Assembly: GCA_050575255.1 (NCBI GenBank)
Contig: JBNZDD010013681.1
Span: forward strand, 3,629,147-3,693,146
Direction of reading: 5' to 3'
Origin: Harriotta raleighana
Taxonomy: Eukaryota
DNA: 64,000 nt
The notes beneath the pieces are model-generated. The model saw nothing but the letters and a program-made list of their open reading frames with translations. It was not told the DNA's origin and searched no databases. Numbering within the stretch: position 1 is the first letter of the stretch; the number at the start of each line of letters is the position of its first letter. Positions 51,721-64,000 of this stretch are shown one piece after another. Both the position numbers and the translations under genes were made by a program.

Positions 51721-52011
51721 CTGTTGCTGTTGATTAATTTATACTGAAACCCAAATATTTTTCATTACCGGTTTAAAATATAGATGAAAGAATGTAGCCA
51801 TTTAAGTCCTGTTAATATTTCCAAAATTTGCAGCAAATTGGAGTATATTTCAAACACACTTTACTGGTCGAGCAATCACTGAACAACTGGATTCACATCC
51901 AATATTGTCTGTAATTGGGAATTGTTCTGATCTGAGCAAGTGCAGTGTTTGGGTTCACAGCTCTAGCCCTTTCTGTTACTTTGCCTTTATATTGTATGTC
52001 AAGAAAGTGGG
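51355..52011 (+). repeat. Diverged ~128-bp direct repeat (51355-51482 and 51884-52011)
   Basis: caactggat.ca.atc.aata.tgtct.taatt...aattgttctg.tctg.gcaag.gcagt...ttctgttacttt...tgtat.t.aagaa.gtggg occurs twice. Confidence 0.85.
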
Positions 52012-52605
52012 ATACAGAGAAATTTGTGATTGAACATTCAGTGGAGATAATTGTTGCCTAATCAATACATTTAGCTGCAATGTTAGCAAATTAAGTTTAA
52101 ACTGCCTTGGGTTTTAATATATAGGTTTAGCAAAGTTTCCTTCTGTGCTAATCTGTTATCAATTAGAAATTTATAGGGATTAGAATACACAAGAGCATTA
52201 CTAAAAAGAGGTATACATTTGGAGATTCTGGTTTTAAAATGTACTCCAGTTTAACTGAAAAGGATCACTAAAAAAGGGGAACAAGAACTGATTCAGTGTC
52301 TTTGTAACATTTATAGTAGTGCCAGATCGTATTGATTCTGAAATGAGAATCACACTGAACAAGCCCTTTTAATTTTTTTTTCTGAGTTTGATTTCAATTT
52401 AGTACATTTTCTAACATTAGGTAGTTTTCTCATATTTTGATTTTGAAGGCACAAATTTTAAACATATAACAAATCAATATACAGTAGTAAAGAGCTGTAT
52501 TAAAATTGTGATGTTTTCTTTCCCAGGATATTTGAATCTTACAATGTGCCTTTGTAGTATTACGCAGAGCAAAATATTTGTTCACTAAAACGTCAAAGGT
52601 TTTAC

Positions 52606-52755
52606 ATTTCACCCACAAATATACAGTCAATTTTTTTTCCTACTTTCCTTCCCCCTCCCTCCCATCCCCCCTCCGCTCTACTTGACTGTACAGCGCCTTG
52701 GGACGTCCTCCCGATGTGAAAGGCGCTAATATAAATGTAATTTTGATTGATTGAT
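52606..52755 (+). mobile_element. Chimeric SINE/L2 3' end with (GATT)n tail, same type as 14180-14560
   Basis: cccacaaatatacagtcaa-tttttcctactttccttcccc...ttgactgtacagcgccttgggacgtcctcccgatgtgaaaggcgct..ataaatgtaattttgattgattgat. Confidence 0.82.
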
Positions 52756-55089
52756 AGGTTCAGGATTGTGAAGGGCAATTTTAGGGCAGATCCCACAGAG
52801 TATATTTTACACAGAGATTAATCGACATCAGGGATTTGTTACCAAGAAAGTGCGTGTGGACACTGAACACAGAAACACTGAATTCATTGAAGAAAGATCT
52901 TGATGCTATAACGGGAAGTTGAGAAGGTTTGCACTCTGGATGGATGAAATCAAATGAACTGACGAATCTCCTTCGTGCAAACTGACCACCTGGGGCTGAC
53001 ACCACAACAGTAAGGTTCAGATACCTGCTTCCCCACAGAAACTGCCCAAATTCCAAATAAACTCAAGCCTGAACAGTGCATATTATATACTGTATTCACA
53101 AAAATAAATAGCACTTTATTGGAGTACAATTCTACCATAATATTAATAAGATATTTTTAAGTGTGTTGTATTTGGCCAATTCCTGAACTCAGTTTTAAAT
53201 TTGAAACCTGTTCACTGTAATTCATAGAAATCTTGAGCAAAATTCTGGCTCAGTTTGTTGCACTGCTGCGTTCAAATTGCGTGCCTTATTTGCCCATAAA
53301 ATTCACTGTCCATTTTGCAGTACAGTATATCTTGGGGAATACTTTGAGACGTTTTGACGATGTGATAAGGCGCAATATTCATTGGATTATGATTAATATA
53401 TATTGTTAAGATTGCTTCCAAAATGAAAGGCTATATTGAACAATTTGACATTTTCTGTATGCTCTGAATCTTACATTAATACAGTAAATCTAAACCCAGC
53501 GAGAATTTCTATCCAAAGATGTTGAAACAATACAAATCATTAATATTGTTTAAATGTTTACAAGGAAAGTAGGTGGTATTTAGCATTTGGAGGATCAAGG
53601 CCCAATGTCTTCTTTAGCTCAACCTATCTTATGAATGTTAGCACAAGGCCCTGGGAGTTCCCTGTCTCTGAAGAAGCCCAATCTATATTTTTAATCTGTT
53701 TAAAAATGTGTTCAGGGTCATTAAATGTAGTGGCCTTTCTCAATAATTAAATCTTATGCATTGGTCAAGCCTCACGACTTTTTCCTCGACTGGACTTTCA
53801 GCCATTTTTCCGCCCTTACCTTCCTACCTCCACTCCAACCCCTCAAACCCTAGCCTTAGCTGGGATGTAACCCCTTCACAGTCCAGCACGTTGGGACGTC
53901 CTCCCCAAATTATATAAATATAAATCTGTATTGTATTGAAAGTCCCCACCTCGGCCACAATCCATCAAATATTCCAGACTGGGATCAACTGGTCTTAATA
54001 TCTTGTTTTTTGCAAAGAGACAATAGATGAATTAACTTCATATAAATACGCTGCATGTTTAATTGTTGTTCTCTGTTTGTAGGATCGGATACAATTTCCT
54101 AGCCATAGGACACACAAACCAACTGTTCCCAAAACTGTCAGTGCTGCTCTTGGTGTATTTGCTTGGATGTGCAGGAAGCATCCTGACTCGGGTAGAAATC
54201 ATTATATTTTCCTGGTGTGAATCTCAAGCTTCTATAGAGATGGAAAGCACTTTGAGACACTACAACGTGATGAGATGCTATAAAAATGTAGGCTGTTTAA
54301 TGTTCAACTGTTTAGGGACGGCCAAATATGCAGCAACAGAGAGCACCTTACATCAGCACAAGTGTAATCAAACACTACTGGAGTGCAGCTTCCAATATAT
54401 TATAATTAGCACAAGAATCCTTGTCTGCCATTAGCAATATTCTTTCCATATCTTGTTTTTAAAATGTCAGACCATCAAATCTTTTGTCTGCTCTCACGTG
54501 GGACTAATTTGATTTAAATGAACATTTAATGAATAATTTTCCTTCAAGTGCTTTCCTCATTTAAAAGATACCAACCTTGTCCTCTCCTTGTTCAACGTAT
54601 TTGTTCCAGAGTAACTTCTTCTCTGCAAGTATGATAGACTCATTGAATACATCTGACCTGATCTTAATCAGCCATTGTAATAAGGTTGTGGATTCAATCT
54701 GCACATCAGGATGTTGAACTCATAATCCATGCTGATGTTCTGACACAGTGCTGAATTGTTGGAGTTGTCCTTTGGGTAACATGTTACCACAGAGTCACCA
54801 ATCTGTACTCCAAAGTCGCCAACAAATTCAAAATGCAAAGGAAGTTTCTCTGTTTTCCTGGCCAACAATCTCCCAAAATAAAAATCAGTCATTCACTTCA
54901 TGACTGTTTGTGGGACTTGCTGTGATAAATTGAATGCTAAATTAGATAAATTGAATGATTCGAATGATAAATTGTCCGCCACATCCGTCCCAATGGGGTC
55001 ACAGTACATCACAGTCAATACGCAGAAGTGCTTTGGGATGGCCTCTTGACATTGAAGTTCCTATATTTGTGGCACTTTGCAAAAAAAAA

Positions 55090-55436
55090 ACCCAAATTAT
55101 AATTTGGTCACTCAATCTATGACTGTGGGACACTGCTGTGCGCAATTGGCTGTTGTGTTTCTCCAACAAATATTCAGTCAATTCACCTTTCAATACACAG
55201 TATTCTGTGAAGCGCTTTGAAACATTTAGAAGAAATGAAAAACGCTATATCAAATGCAAGGATTATTATTATCACTGTGCGCAAACTGGCTGTCGAGTTT
55301 TGCCCATGAAACACATAATGAAAGATCACTTTACAGTATTTCCTGTGAAGCAGTTTGAGATATATGAATGATGTGATAAGGAGCTATATCAAATGCAATG
55401 TTTTTTTAATTAAATGTAAAGATTATTATTATTATA
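55090..55436 (+). mobile_element. Two tandem SINE 3' fragments
   Basis: Core plus tail ending at 55272, immediately followed by a second core plus tail. Confidence 0.82.
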
Positions 55437-55514
55437 CAAGAGAAAGATAACATAGAAATATGTGCCCAGGAGAAAGTAAAAGCTAAATGAATGAGAAAAA
55501 ACAACTTGAATAAT

Positions 55515-55755
55515 TATATTTATCCGAAGATATGTTATTATGGTCTGGAATTCACTGCCTTGAACAGGTGGTGAAAGCAGCTTCAATAATAGCTTTCAGA
55601 AGGGAATTAGATAGGTACTTAAAAAGGATAGAATTTGTAGGATTATGGGTTAAGAGTGGGTGAGTGGGACTAGTTGGTAGCTATTTCAAAGAGCTGACAC
55701 AGGCACGATGGGCTGTATCGACACTTTCTGTCTGTAAAATTCTAGGATTCTATGT
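55515..55755 (+). mobile_element. CR1 LINE 3' end
   Basis: tggaattcactgcct...gtggtgaaagcag...agggaattagataggtactt (WNSLP..VVEA..F.RELD), ending ttctaggattctatg. Confidence 0.82.
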
Positions 55756-56022
55756 GAAAGTGTGAAATTGAGGAGAGTATTACATTTTGAGAAGAAATAG
55801 TTTTTAACAGAGGCTAGAAAACATATTTGATTACACTGAACTGCAAAAAAAAGATTGATGTGGGAACAAGGAACTACTACAGAATGAAACTGTCATTCAG
55901 CTAATATCAGTACCTTCGCTCAGCAGATTCTGACCTACTCCATGTCCCATGCCCGTCCGACCCACTATTGGCAGTCGGGCCACCCCCACCCTTTTGAATT
56001 CCATCCCTCCCTTGCCACCTTC

Positions 56023-56220
56023 AATAATAATAATCCTTGCATTTGATATAGTGCTTTTCACATCCTAGACATCTGAAAGCACTTCACAGAATATACTGTA
56101 GCATGAATTGACTGTATATTTGTGGGCGAAACGCGGCAACTAATTGTGCACAGCATTGTCCCACAAACAGGTGTGGATTGAAATGACCAATTTTAAAAAA
56201 ATTAGGGGGGATTATTATCA
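56023..56220 (-). mobile_element. SINE (minus) inserted into an L2 3' fragment
   Basis: aataataatccttgcatttgatatagtgc...gtcccacaaacag..tggattgaaatgaccaa; the flanks read as a split L2 ORF2 end. Confidence 0.8.
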
Positions 56221-56981
56221 AGATTATTATTAAAACACATTTCACAATCCTCCTCTTTGACCATGCCTTCGCCTACCCTCCCAATGCATATCTCCCTGCC
56301 TTTCATCCCTCCTGATCCCAAGTCAATCTTTGTGAAATGCTGAGGATGATGGGTTTGTTCTCATTGTAAGGAAATTTCAAGGTGACCTGATAGAAAAATC
56401 CAAATGACTATAATAATAATAATCCTTGTATTTGATGCAAGGTTTATTAAGATTATTAGAATGAAGCTTATCACATCATCAAGGCATATCAAAAGTATTT
56501 ATCAGGATTGCACTGTGAAGTGCCATCATTTTGTATTTTGTAGGCAACTGCAGCAGCCATATCTTACACAGCTATGATAAAAGGAATTGATCAAGTTCAA
56601 CAAGACAGACCGTTCACAAACTCATGAAAGTAATAGAAAGTGTGACACATAATTCAAACCGTCGGATGTTTTGGAGTAAATAATAAATTGAAGCAGAATT
56701 ATTTCACATTCAGATTGATAGTGTTATATGATTCGGGAAGGTCATGGAAACAAATAATATAAATGAATTCAAGAGACAAGTTCTGTGGATGTGATGTTGG
56801 AGACATGATGGGAAGGTGAGGTTACAATCAACCAAACAAGCATCGACTTGCTCCTGTTACTAAAATTGTGATTAATGTTGTTCTGAATTTCATTAATGCA
56901 TGTAAGTGTGTATAATATGTCAAAATAATAGAGGTGAGTGTCTCAAAGAACAAATTATTACAAAATTTCCTAATTTCTTAT

Positions 56982-57087
56982 GAATACTGTAAAGAATAAA
57001 ATGAACCAAACTAAAATTTATCTTGTATTGTATAAGAACAATATAAGATAAATTTTAGTTTGGTTCATTTTTTTCTTTACAGTATTC
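56982..57087. repeat. Near-perfect AT-rich palindrome (50-bp arms, 6-nt loop)
   Basis: Arms 56982-57031 and 57038-57087 are reverse complements with 2 mismatches. Confidence 0.95.
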
Positions 57088-57704
57088 CAATGCTACTTTC
57101 TGAATAGGTTATTGTTGTATAGTTGAAATGCTAGAAAGTGTGTTAAACCTTTACTTCCCTCCAATGTTCACCATCTTTAAATCGCACACGAAGACCAACC
57201 TTTCAACCTCACTTTCAATTACCTTTTCATCTTCAACGTCACCCATCCTCAGATCAGGCTTCCAATCAGTGAGAAGCACTTTTGAGATTTCCTCCCAATG
57301 TGAACAATGCTGTATAAATATAAAGTTGTTGTTTTGGACTATAAAAGGACAGTCATAAGATCACAATGTTAGTTTGGATGAAGAAGGCTCTTTCGTCCCA
57401 TCTAATCTCTTTCTTTCAGAACACTGGCAAGTGGGATGCAGGGAACGCTCATTTTGGTTTGGATACCCTTAAGTGTGGTGATGGGTTTCCGCAGGAACCT
57501 GGCTGACCAAAAATAATTCAGGACATCTCCCTGCCATCTGGCCATCACAGCATCAATCTGCTTTTCACATGAGCCCAGTGATTTGGCTTTTCTGGCAACT
57601 TATTCCAGTTGTTAATTACCCTCTAGGTAAAGCGCAGTATTTAGAGCAGAACCAGCAAGGTGCAGAAATAACTGATTATGGCATCAATGGAAAGAGGAAG
57701 GCTT

Positions 57705-57990
57705 TACAACAACAAAACAAAAATACGTTGGAAGGATGTCCCAAGGCACTGTACAGTCAGGGGTCGGGACCCAAGCATGCAGGAGGGGTGGAACAAAGTT
57801 GGGATGAGGGAGGCGAGGGAGCCAGAGAGGTAGAAGTGCGGGTGAAGGCACGGTCGAAAAGAAGGGTCTTGAATCAGGCCTTGAAGGAGGCAAGGGAGGG
57901 AGCAAGGCAAAGGGAGTTCCAAACGGTGGGGTCAGAGGGGCTGAAAGCCTAGCCACCGATGGCAGGTTGGACAAGGGGTGGAGACATGGA
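57705..57990 (-). mobile_element. L2 LINE 3' end (minus)
   Basis: ggatgtcccaaggcactgtacagtcagg...gaaaagaagggtcttg...gggagttccaaac is the reverse complement of the L2 tail and ORF2 end. Confidence 0.78.
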
Positions 57991-58599
57991 ACCGGCCAGA
58001 GCCTGCTTTACTTTACACTAGTAAAGTTCCAGGATTCAGTCTTCTGGCCCATTTTGAATCTAAGGGACATGGTTTCCTTCCTTTAAAGGGGAAAGTTAAG
58101 ATTGGCAACTGGCCCGCAGAAAATCAAGTCAATGCACTTGCTACAGTCACTTTGACAGTGTAGACATCAAAGGTTTGCATTCCACATAGAGATATAGAAA
58201 TTTCATGGAAATAAGCCTGAGGCTCACCATGCAAGAGCTCCATATTTTTACATAATGACTGCATATTTGATAAAACTATATTGAGCTGACAAACTCATTT
58301 TCTTGATTTTTTTATGGTGTTTTTTGTGCACAATCATATAGTAAGACTCAGTTGCTTTTGGGAGGGGGAATGAGTGAGAACATGACACCCTCTGTGAATA
58401 TGCGCATGGAGAGAGAGCTAAATAAGTGCAAGTAGTTGTTATTGTTGAATTTTAAATCAATTTAATTCTACTTTGATAACATATTTCAGAAGCTATCTTG
58501 ATTCTTCTGTGGGAACATTGCAAAGTACAGCTCAGCAGATATACTCAGGGGCAAAGGGAAGTTTACAATATTCATATCCAGTTATGTTAAATATTATAA

Positions 58600-58740
58600 T
58601 TCTCTATTTGATTTTGCCCTTTAGGCAACAAAATATCTCAAAGTGCATCATATAATGCAGTGGTAGAATGCAATAGCTGTATGTTGTGAGTAAACAAGGC
58701 AGCCAATTTGCACACTGCAGCGCCCCACAAACAGGCACAA
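58600..58740 (-). mobile_element. Diverged SINE fragment (minus)
   Basis: gcagccaatttgcacactgcagcgccccacaaacag. Confidence 0.65.
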
Positions 58741-61236
58741 TTTTATCTGGCGGATGGTAAGCAATATTATCCACTTGTGACTGAATGGACTGACTGAATG
58801 TTCCTGGTCTTTGGGTCACTGTATAGATTTACTGACTCTTTTGAGCATCATTTTTCCGAATTGCGGTGTGATTACCCCAGTTTCAAACACAACATTCAGT
58901 TCAGTCCGGTCGAAATGCAACGTGCAGGTTCTGTGATGTTGGCTAAATGTATCACAACAGCACAACTGTTATATTTTGGGATAAGATGTATTGTGACCTC
59001 ACTGCATTTTACTTATTGAGCGTCTAATTCTAGATATTTAGTCCAGTTACAATTGGATGGTGTATCCATTGTTTATGTCAGATCAAAAGTGTTTCATGTC
59101 CGGTACAGAGCTTGTTTTTCTCCCCAAATACAATGCAGTTAGACCAACACTTACACCAATCCCTCCCTCCTCACACTTTAAATCACAATCCCATAAAGAT
59201 CCACAAACTATCTGAAGAGTTTCTCATTGTACTTTGGCCAAGAATCCTCCAGACTCCACCCAGATTTGGAGTCCCAGCAGTTATTTGAAGCACATTCAGA
59301 CATCTTTCCAACTAAAGAGTAAAATCATAGGATAATCACAGACTATTTGGCCCATCTAATCCTCAATGATGTTTTTCCAGAGCCCCCTTATCTAATTCCT
59401 CTTTTAATATTGCCATACAATTTAATATATATATTTTTTTAAATTCTTTTAATTCACTTTTATAATAATTTATTGATTCTGCCTCAAGTTTGTGGTGGAA
59501 AATATCACATTCCTACTTCCCTGTGTGCAGAAATGTTATCTAACCATTTTAATGCTTTTTGTGACAAAATTTTAAATTCCTATGCTTCATTGCCAGCACT
59601 TTGGGACGTCCTCCCGATGTGAAAGGTACTCCATCAATGTAATTTTGTTGTTGCTGATGTTGTACTGATCCAACAACAATTTATATTTAATCCATCATCA
59701 TATTTAATCCAGCATCCATCATGCTGAGCAGTGTCTCAGAATGCTTAAACAATGGCGGAGCCTGAGGCTGACTGGGGGGACGAGTGCAAATAATAATCTA
59801 TTGGCAATAATAATCTCATTCTATTTACCCAATCGTAACCCTTCAAAATGTTGACCCTTCCATCAGGTCAAGTCTTAACCTCAGGTGGAGTGAAAAATGT
59901 CCCAACTTCTCGGTACATATTCATAACTTAAATCCCTTAAATCCCATTTCTATTGTTTTTATCTATGCTAAATAAGAGAGCTAAATAAATCAATGGACCT
60001 GTACCCTATGGAAGTAAGTAATTTTGTAGCCCTGGGGTACTTATGAGAACCGCTGTTTTAGACTATTAAATTTCATTCTTCCAGAATACCCAGCCTACCA
60101 TCCCGTTACAGCATTGAGCTTGAAACAATAACTCCGTAGCAAATCAGTGGATTATATTTGTACAGTATTCTGCAATACACTCCCTTTTCATGTCAATAAC
60201 CATTGTCCCAATTCAATTAAATTGCATATCATACCACAGGGCTGCAGTTATATTGATAGTCTATCACTCCTCCACTCCTAAAATAACATCCCAACAGGGA
60301 TAATGCAAATGCACCGTCTGTGGCTGTCAGGTTTAAGTAAATCCTGGTTAAGTGGTTTGTTGTGTATTAGTGCTGAGAGTTGAATCCTCAACGTTAAATG
60401 TTCAGGAACAACCATGTACGCCATCTACAGGCTAGGAGATGAACAATGACAACTGGGACGAAAATGTAATGTTTGCAAACCAGATTAAATTTACAATGAC
60501 CTTTTTGTGGATATCAGACTTTCAATACTTGGGAACAACACAATTGTGGAACACAAGTCATCAGACTGGAAATTATGGTTCTCACAATTCAGAGATGGTA
60601 ATTAGCCAGTTCTAGCTTGTGGTTATTACATTTTCAGCCGCTTATAAAGTGAAGGGAATCAGATGTAGAGAAAGAAAAAAAGCACTAAATAAATTAATTA
60701 TCATACTTTATTGAATGAAACAAAAGTAATTTATTTCAGCACCAAAATTGTGAATACGATGTTACAAGAGGTGACTGTGTACTTCTTGCGAGGCCGTTGT
60801 ACCTCCAACACGTAAGTAGAAATTAAGAAAAAAACACATGACCAAGATTAAATGACAGAAGTCAGATCATTCTTCAAGATACAATGAAGCTAAATAAAAA
60901 CAGGCAGAAAACAAAGGCAAACAGTCACAGCAGATATTTTACATTTCATAATATTGCTAATATAAATGCTTGCTGAAGTTTAAAAGTTCACTTTATACTT
61001 ATTATATTGCTCAATAAATACTTTATTTTTCTGAATTATTAAAAGCAATTGTTTTGTGCATTACAGAGGATGTATAATTATAACCGTTCGGAATTCAATC
61101 TACATGTTAAGCATGATGTTGTATACCATAACATTAAAACATTGTGCTAGTGTTAGTGTATTTAAAATATTGCACAAGGCCAATCCTTGTCAGTCTTTTC
61201 TCTCCCCTGTCCCCACCCCCCCACCACACCCCCCCG

Positions 61237-61254
61237 CACACACACACACACACA
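61237..61254. repeat. (CA)n microsatellite
   Basis: Direct read. Confidence 0.85.
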
Positions 61255-62356
61255 CCAGGCTGTGCCTACCCAAAGTCTTCACTTCAATTCTGGGTCCAAT
61301 AAAAATCCTACAGCATTCGGCAGCTTCTGATCGCCTGGTGTAGGAAATAAGTTCATTGTTTATCAACAATATATTGCAAACTGAGGAATCAGAAGTAGCC
61401 ACCATGAATAGTTCACAAGTGGAGGCTCCATTGCTCTCTATTAGGAATATACATTGCAAAAGTAAAATAAACGTTCTGTCTAAAAAGGTAAAGCCGGGAA
61501 GTGTTCTCGTCTTTGCTTTCAGAGTGCCACGGGAACACAAGGAGTTTAACTCCTGGCAGTCTCCTTTCTCATTGAGTTTCTTAATAATTGGTGGTTAATG
61601 AGCACTCTGCTCAGTCACATCACATGGACAACAGGAACTCTGCTATCTGCGTTTACAGTGATCTTCTCAAAAGTCTGTGCTAAGTTCTTCAAACCCCAAT
61701 ATCATCAACGGGTTCGCTATGAACACATCACAAGACCACACCAGAGAGGCACAGCTCAACACATCCATCTCTCCAACCCCAGCAACCTAGAATGTTGAGA
61801 AGAGGAACAGGCTTTATATTGGATCTAAACAACAGCCAATTTATTCATAAATTATTCTATGGCTTTTATTCACAATTTCAGTGAATACTAAATGTCTGAG
61901 ACACTAACCCTGTGAAGAGCACTATATAAACATAAGTTGTTATTGTTGTAACTGAATCGCTGCAATAAAAGTTTGGACGTTAAGGGATGCCTTAAGAACA
62001 TGGTTGGCTGTCTGAAGACAAATACATTATAAAAGGAGTAAAATATCAAAATATCAGCATGTGGGCTGGAAAAGGGGCGAATGTTTCTTGGTAACCTAAG
62101 TGCACAATAACAATTAATGGGTTAATAATTGATTGAAGTCAGAGTGCAAAAAGTGCCAATGAAATATTCTTTCTTCATGTAGTTTTGTGGGAATATACAA
62201 TATGGCCTAACCCTGTATAATGGGATCTTAACTATTCTGTTTACAAATTCATGTTTAAGGGGTCAAGCTCATGTTCCTTTAATGGTCGATCAGCTGAGCC
62301 AGTGAGAGAATCTCGGGCTGTTGTTACTGTAAGATTCAGGCCTTTAGTGCAATTAT

Positions 62357-62515
62357 TATAGAATCATAGAATCTTACGACACTAAAGGCCATTCGGCCCA
62401 TCGAGTGTGTCGGCTCTTTAAAAAGATCAATTTAATCCCACTCCCCAGCTCTCTCCCCATAACCGCGAAAACCCATCCTCCCCAAATAAATGTCTACCTC
62501 TTTTAAAAGTTGGAT
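62357..62515 (-). mobile_element. CR1 LINE 3' end (minus)
   Basis: atagaatcatagaatc...aggccattcggcccatcgag...aatcccactccccagctctctccccata. Confidence 0.8.
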
Positions 62516-64000
62516 ATATCTTTATTATTTTGATAAACTAAAATATCATCGAATTTTAATCCAAATTTACTAATCTTCTTTGCACCAAAACAACAGCTGG
62601 TGCACTCCGCTCTCTTAAATGCTTTTATCAAAATTCATGCTCCCTTTCTTAAATGCTTAACACCAAATTTTTCTTCCAAAGATGACACAAAGTGAACTGC
62701 AAATTGAATTTCAAAGTGCAACAGCACAAAGTATATTCAGTCTCCAACGATACCCACCATCTGATCTTTCCAAACATTGATCCCAAACAAATGTACAACC
62801 AGCCCAATTATAGCCAGATACTTGCCAAAATTGTACATCTTCAAACACAATGTTTCTACTCAACTCGTGATTTCTGTAAATCAACTGCAGTTTTCCAGTA
62901 GGAGACGAGATTTTTGCTCAGTCAGTCAGAAGCTATGAATCAGTAAGGATTTCTGATGAGACGTATTTCAACTTATTGCCAGATTGTGAAGACCATACTA
63001 AACAGATACAAGCAAATCTTGCCCTGGTCTCAGTTTACCATTAATTGCATAAAGCCCACACGATTTGAATGGACTGACCTAAAAGCGATCATCATGAGGT
63101 TAGTCTCCTTAAAGAAAATGAAAAGCATTTGAATTTTCAGAGAAAAATAAACTTTGATTTTTTTTACATTTTCCGCAGTTCAATGTCAGAGACCCTCCTC
63201 TGAATAGTGGAACGCACAAGGAGTCTTACCTGAAACCCTTTTAATGAATTCTATGATTTGTTTCTACAATTAGTTTTCACTAATACAATTACTTCAATAT
63301 AATACAAGTACTATACATGCTTGTTAAATAGGAGTGATAAAAGTCAGTGCCTTTAAGCTCCAGTTATCAGCTAAGTTTTATATTGCATCACAAAACGTCA
63401 ATGCCTGGGTTCGGATGCCACAGATCACCTAAAATCCAGCCAAGCCTTGCTCCTGTCTCCTACAAACCTTTTTAGCCAGACTGAATGTGCCCAAATTGTT
63501 TATAGGTCATGAAAAGCAACATTAGATTTTAAGTGATACACAATTGAACCATTTTAAACACATTGCTGAGAGCTTCTTATTGTTCCCAAGTATGAACAAA
63601 TATTTTGCCAATTTTTTGCTGTTTCAAAGCTCTGGAGCAGTATATTACAGGAGTCCAAAAAGAAAATCCAACAGAATGGAGTAAATAACACAAGTGGATG
63701 AAAACATCTGGGTAATACATTTGTAATTAAAATGTCAAAGAAGAAATACTTCCCAAGTGAAACCACCTTTGGATACAGAATGACAATAGACAAATGGGTT
63801 TGTGTGTTAACCTATGATAAGTTCAAGAAAATAAGCCCTTTGTGCATTGCAGCAAAACGCAGGTGTTAAAAACATTTGGAAATTGTGCCATATAACCTAG
63901 AACATAAATTTAGAGCAAAGTAACTACAGTATTCCATGAATAAACTCAGTAAATCTGGTTAAACAGGATTGTGTTGTGAGAAATATCACCCATGCCTCAA

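Noticed and set aside
59990-60062. gagaaccgctg end resembling a hAT/Charlie TIR
   Set aside because: No partner TIR or 8-bp target duplication found; too short to call
1-64000. Recurrent ~100-330-bp repeats as a CRISPR-like array or prokaryotic system
   Set aside because: Dispersed, variably truncated, on both strands, with poly(ATT) tails; these are SINEs in a spliced eukaryotic gene

Overview
This is vertebrate genomic DNA, most likely from a cartilaginous fish (probably a chimaera or elephant shark, inferred from the repeat content). The window holds coding exons 2-9 and the long 3' UTR of a HOMER1 orthologue on the + strand. Exon 1 (ATG GG) lies upstream of the window. All eight exons have AG/GT boundaries, and joined to the missing 5 nt they give an intact 355-aa Homer1b-type protein (EVH1 domain, SPLTP P-motif, coiled coil). 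The introns contain many tRNA-headed Deu-domain SINEs with L2-type tails, L2 and CR1 LINE fragments, and several TA-flanked Tc1/mariner-Tigger-like MITEs. Almost all ORFs in the supplied track are spurious or repeat-derived. Points worth following up: (1) two unusual substitutions in Homer1 (A78P in the EVH1 strand, and S117M at the CaMKII site); (2) an immediate stop on intron-5 read-through (a Homer1a-type short form); (3) inverted MITE/SINE pairs bracketing exon 2, exons 3-4 and exons 2-5, where the exon 3-4 and exon 2-5 circles would be stop-free ORFs; (4) a degenerate hammerhead ribozyme just after exon 2; (5) a long inverted repeat in intron 2; (6) a near-perfect 106-nt palindrome downstream of the gene. 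I found no clearly new multi-gene system.
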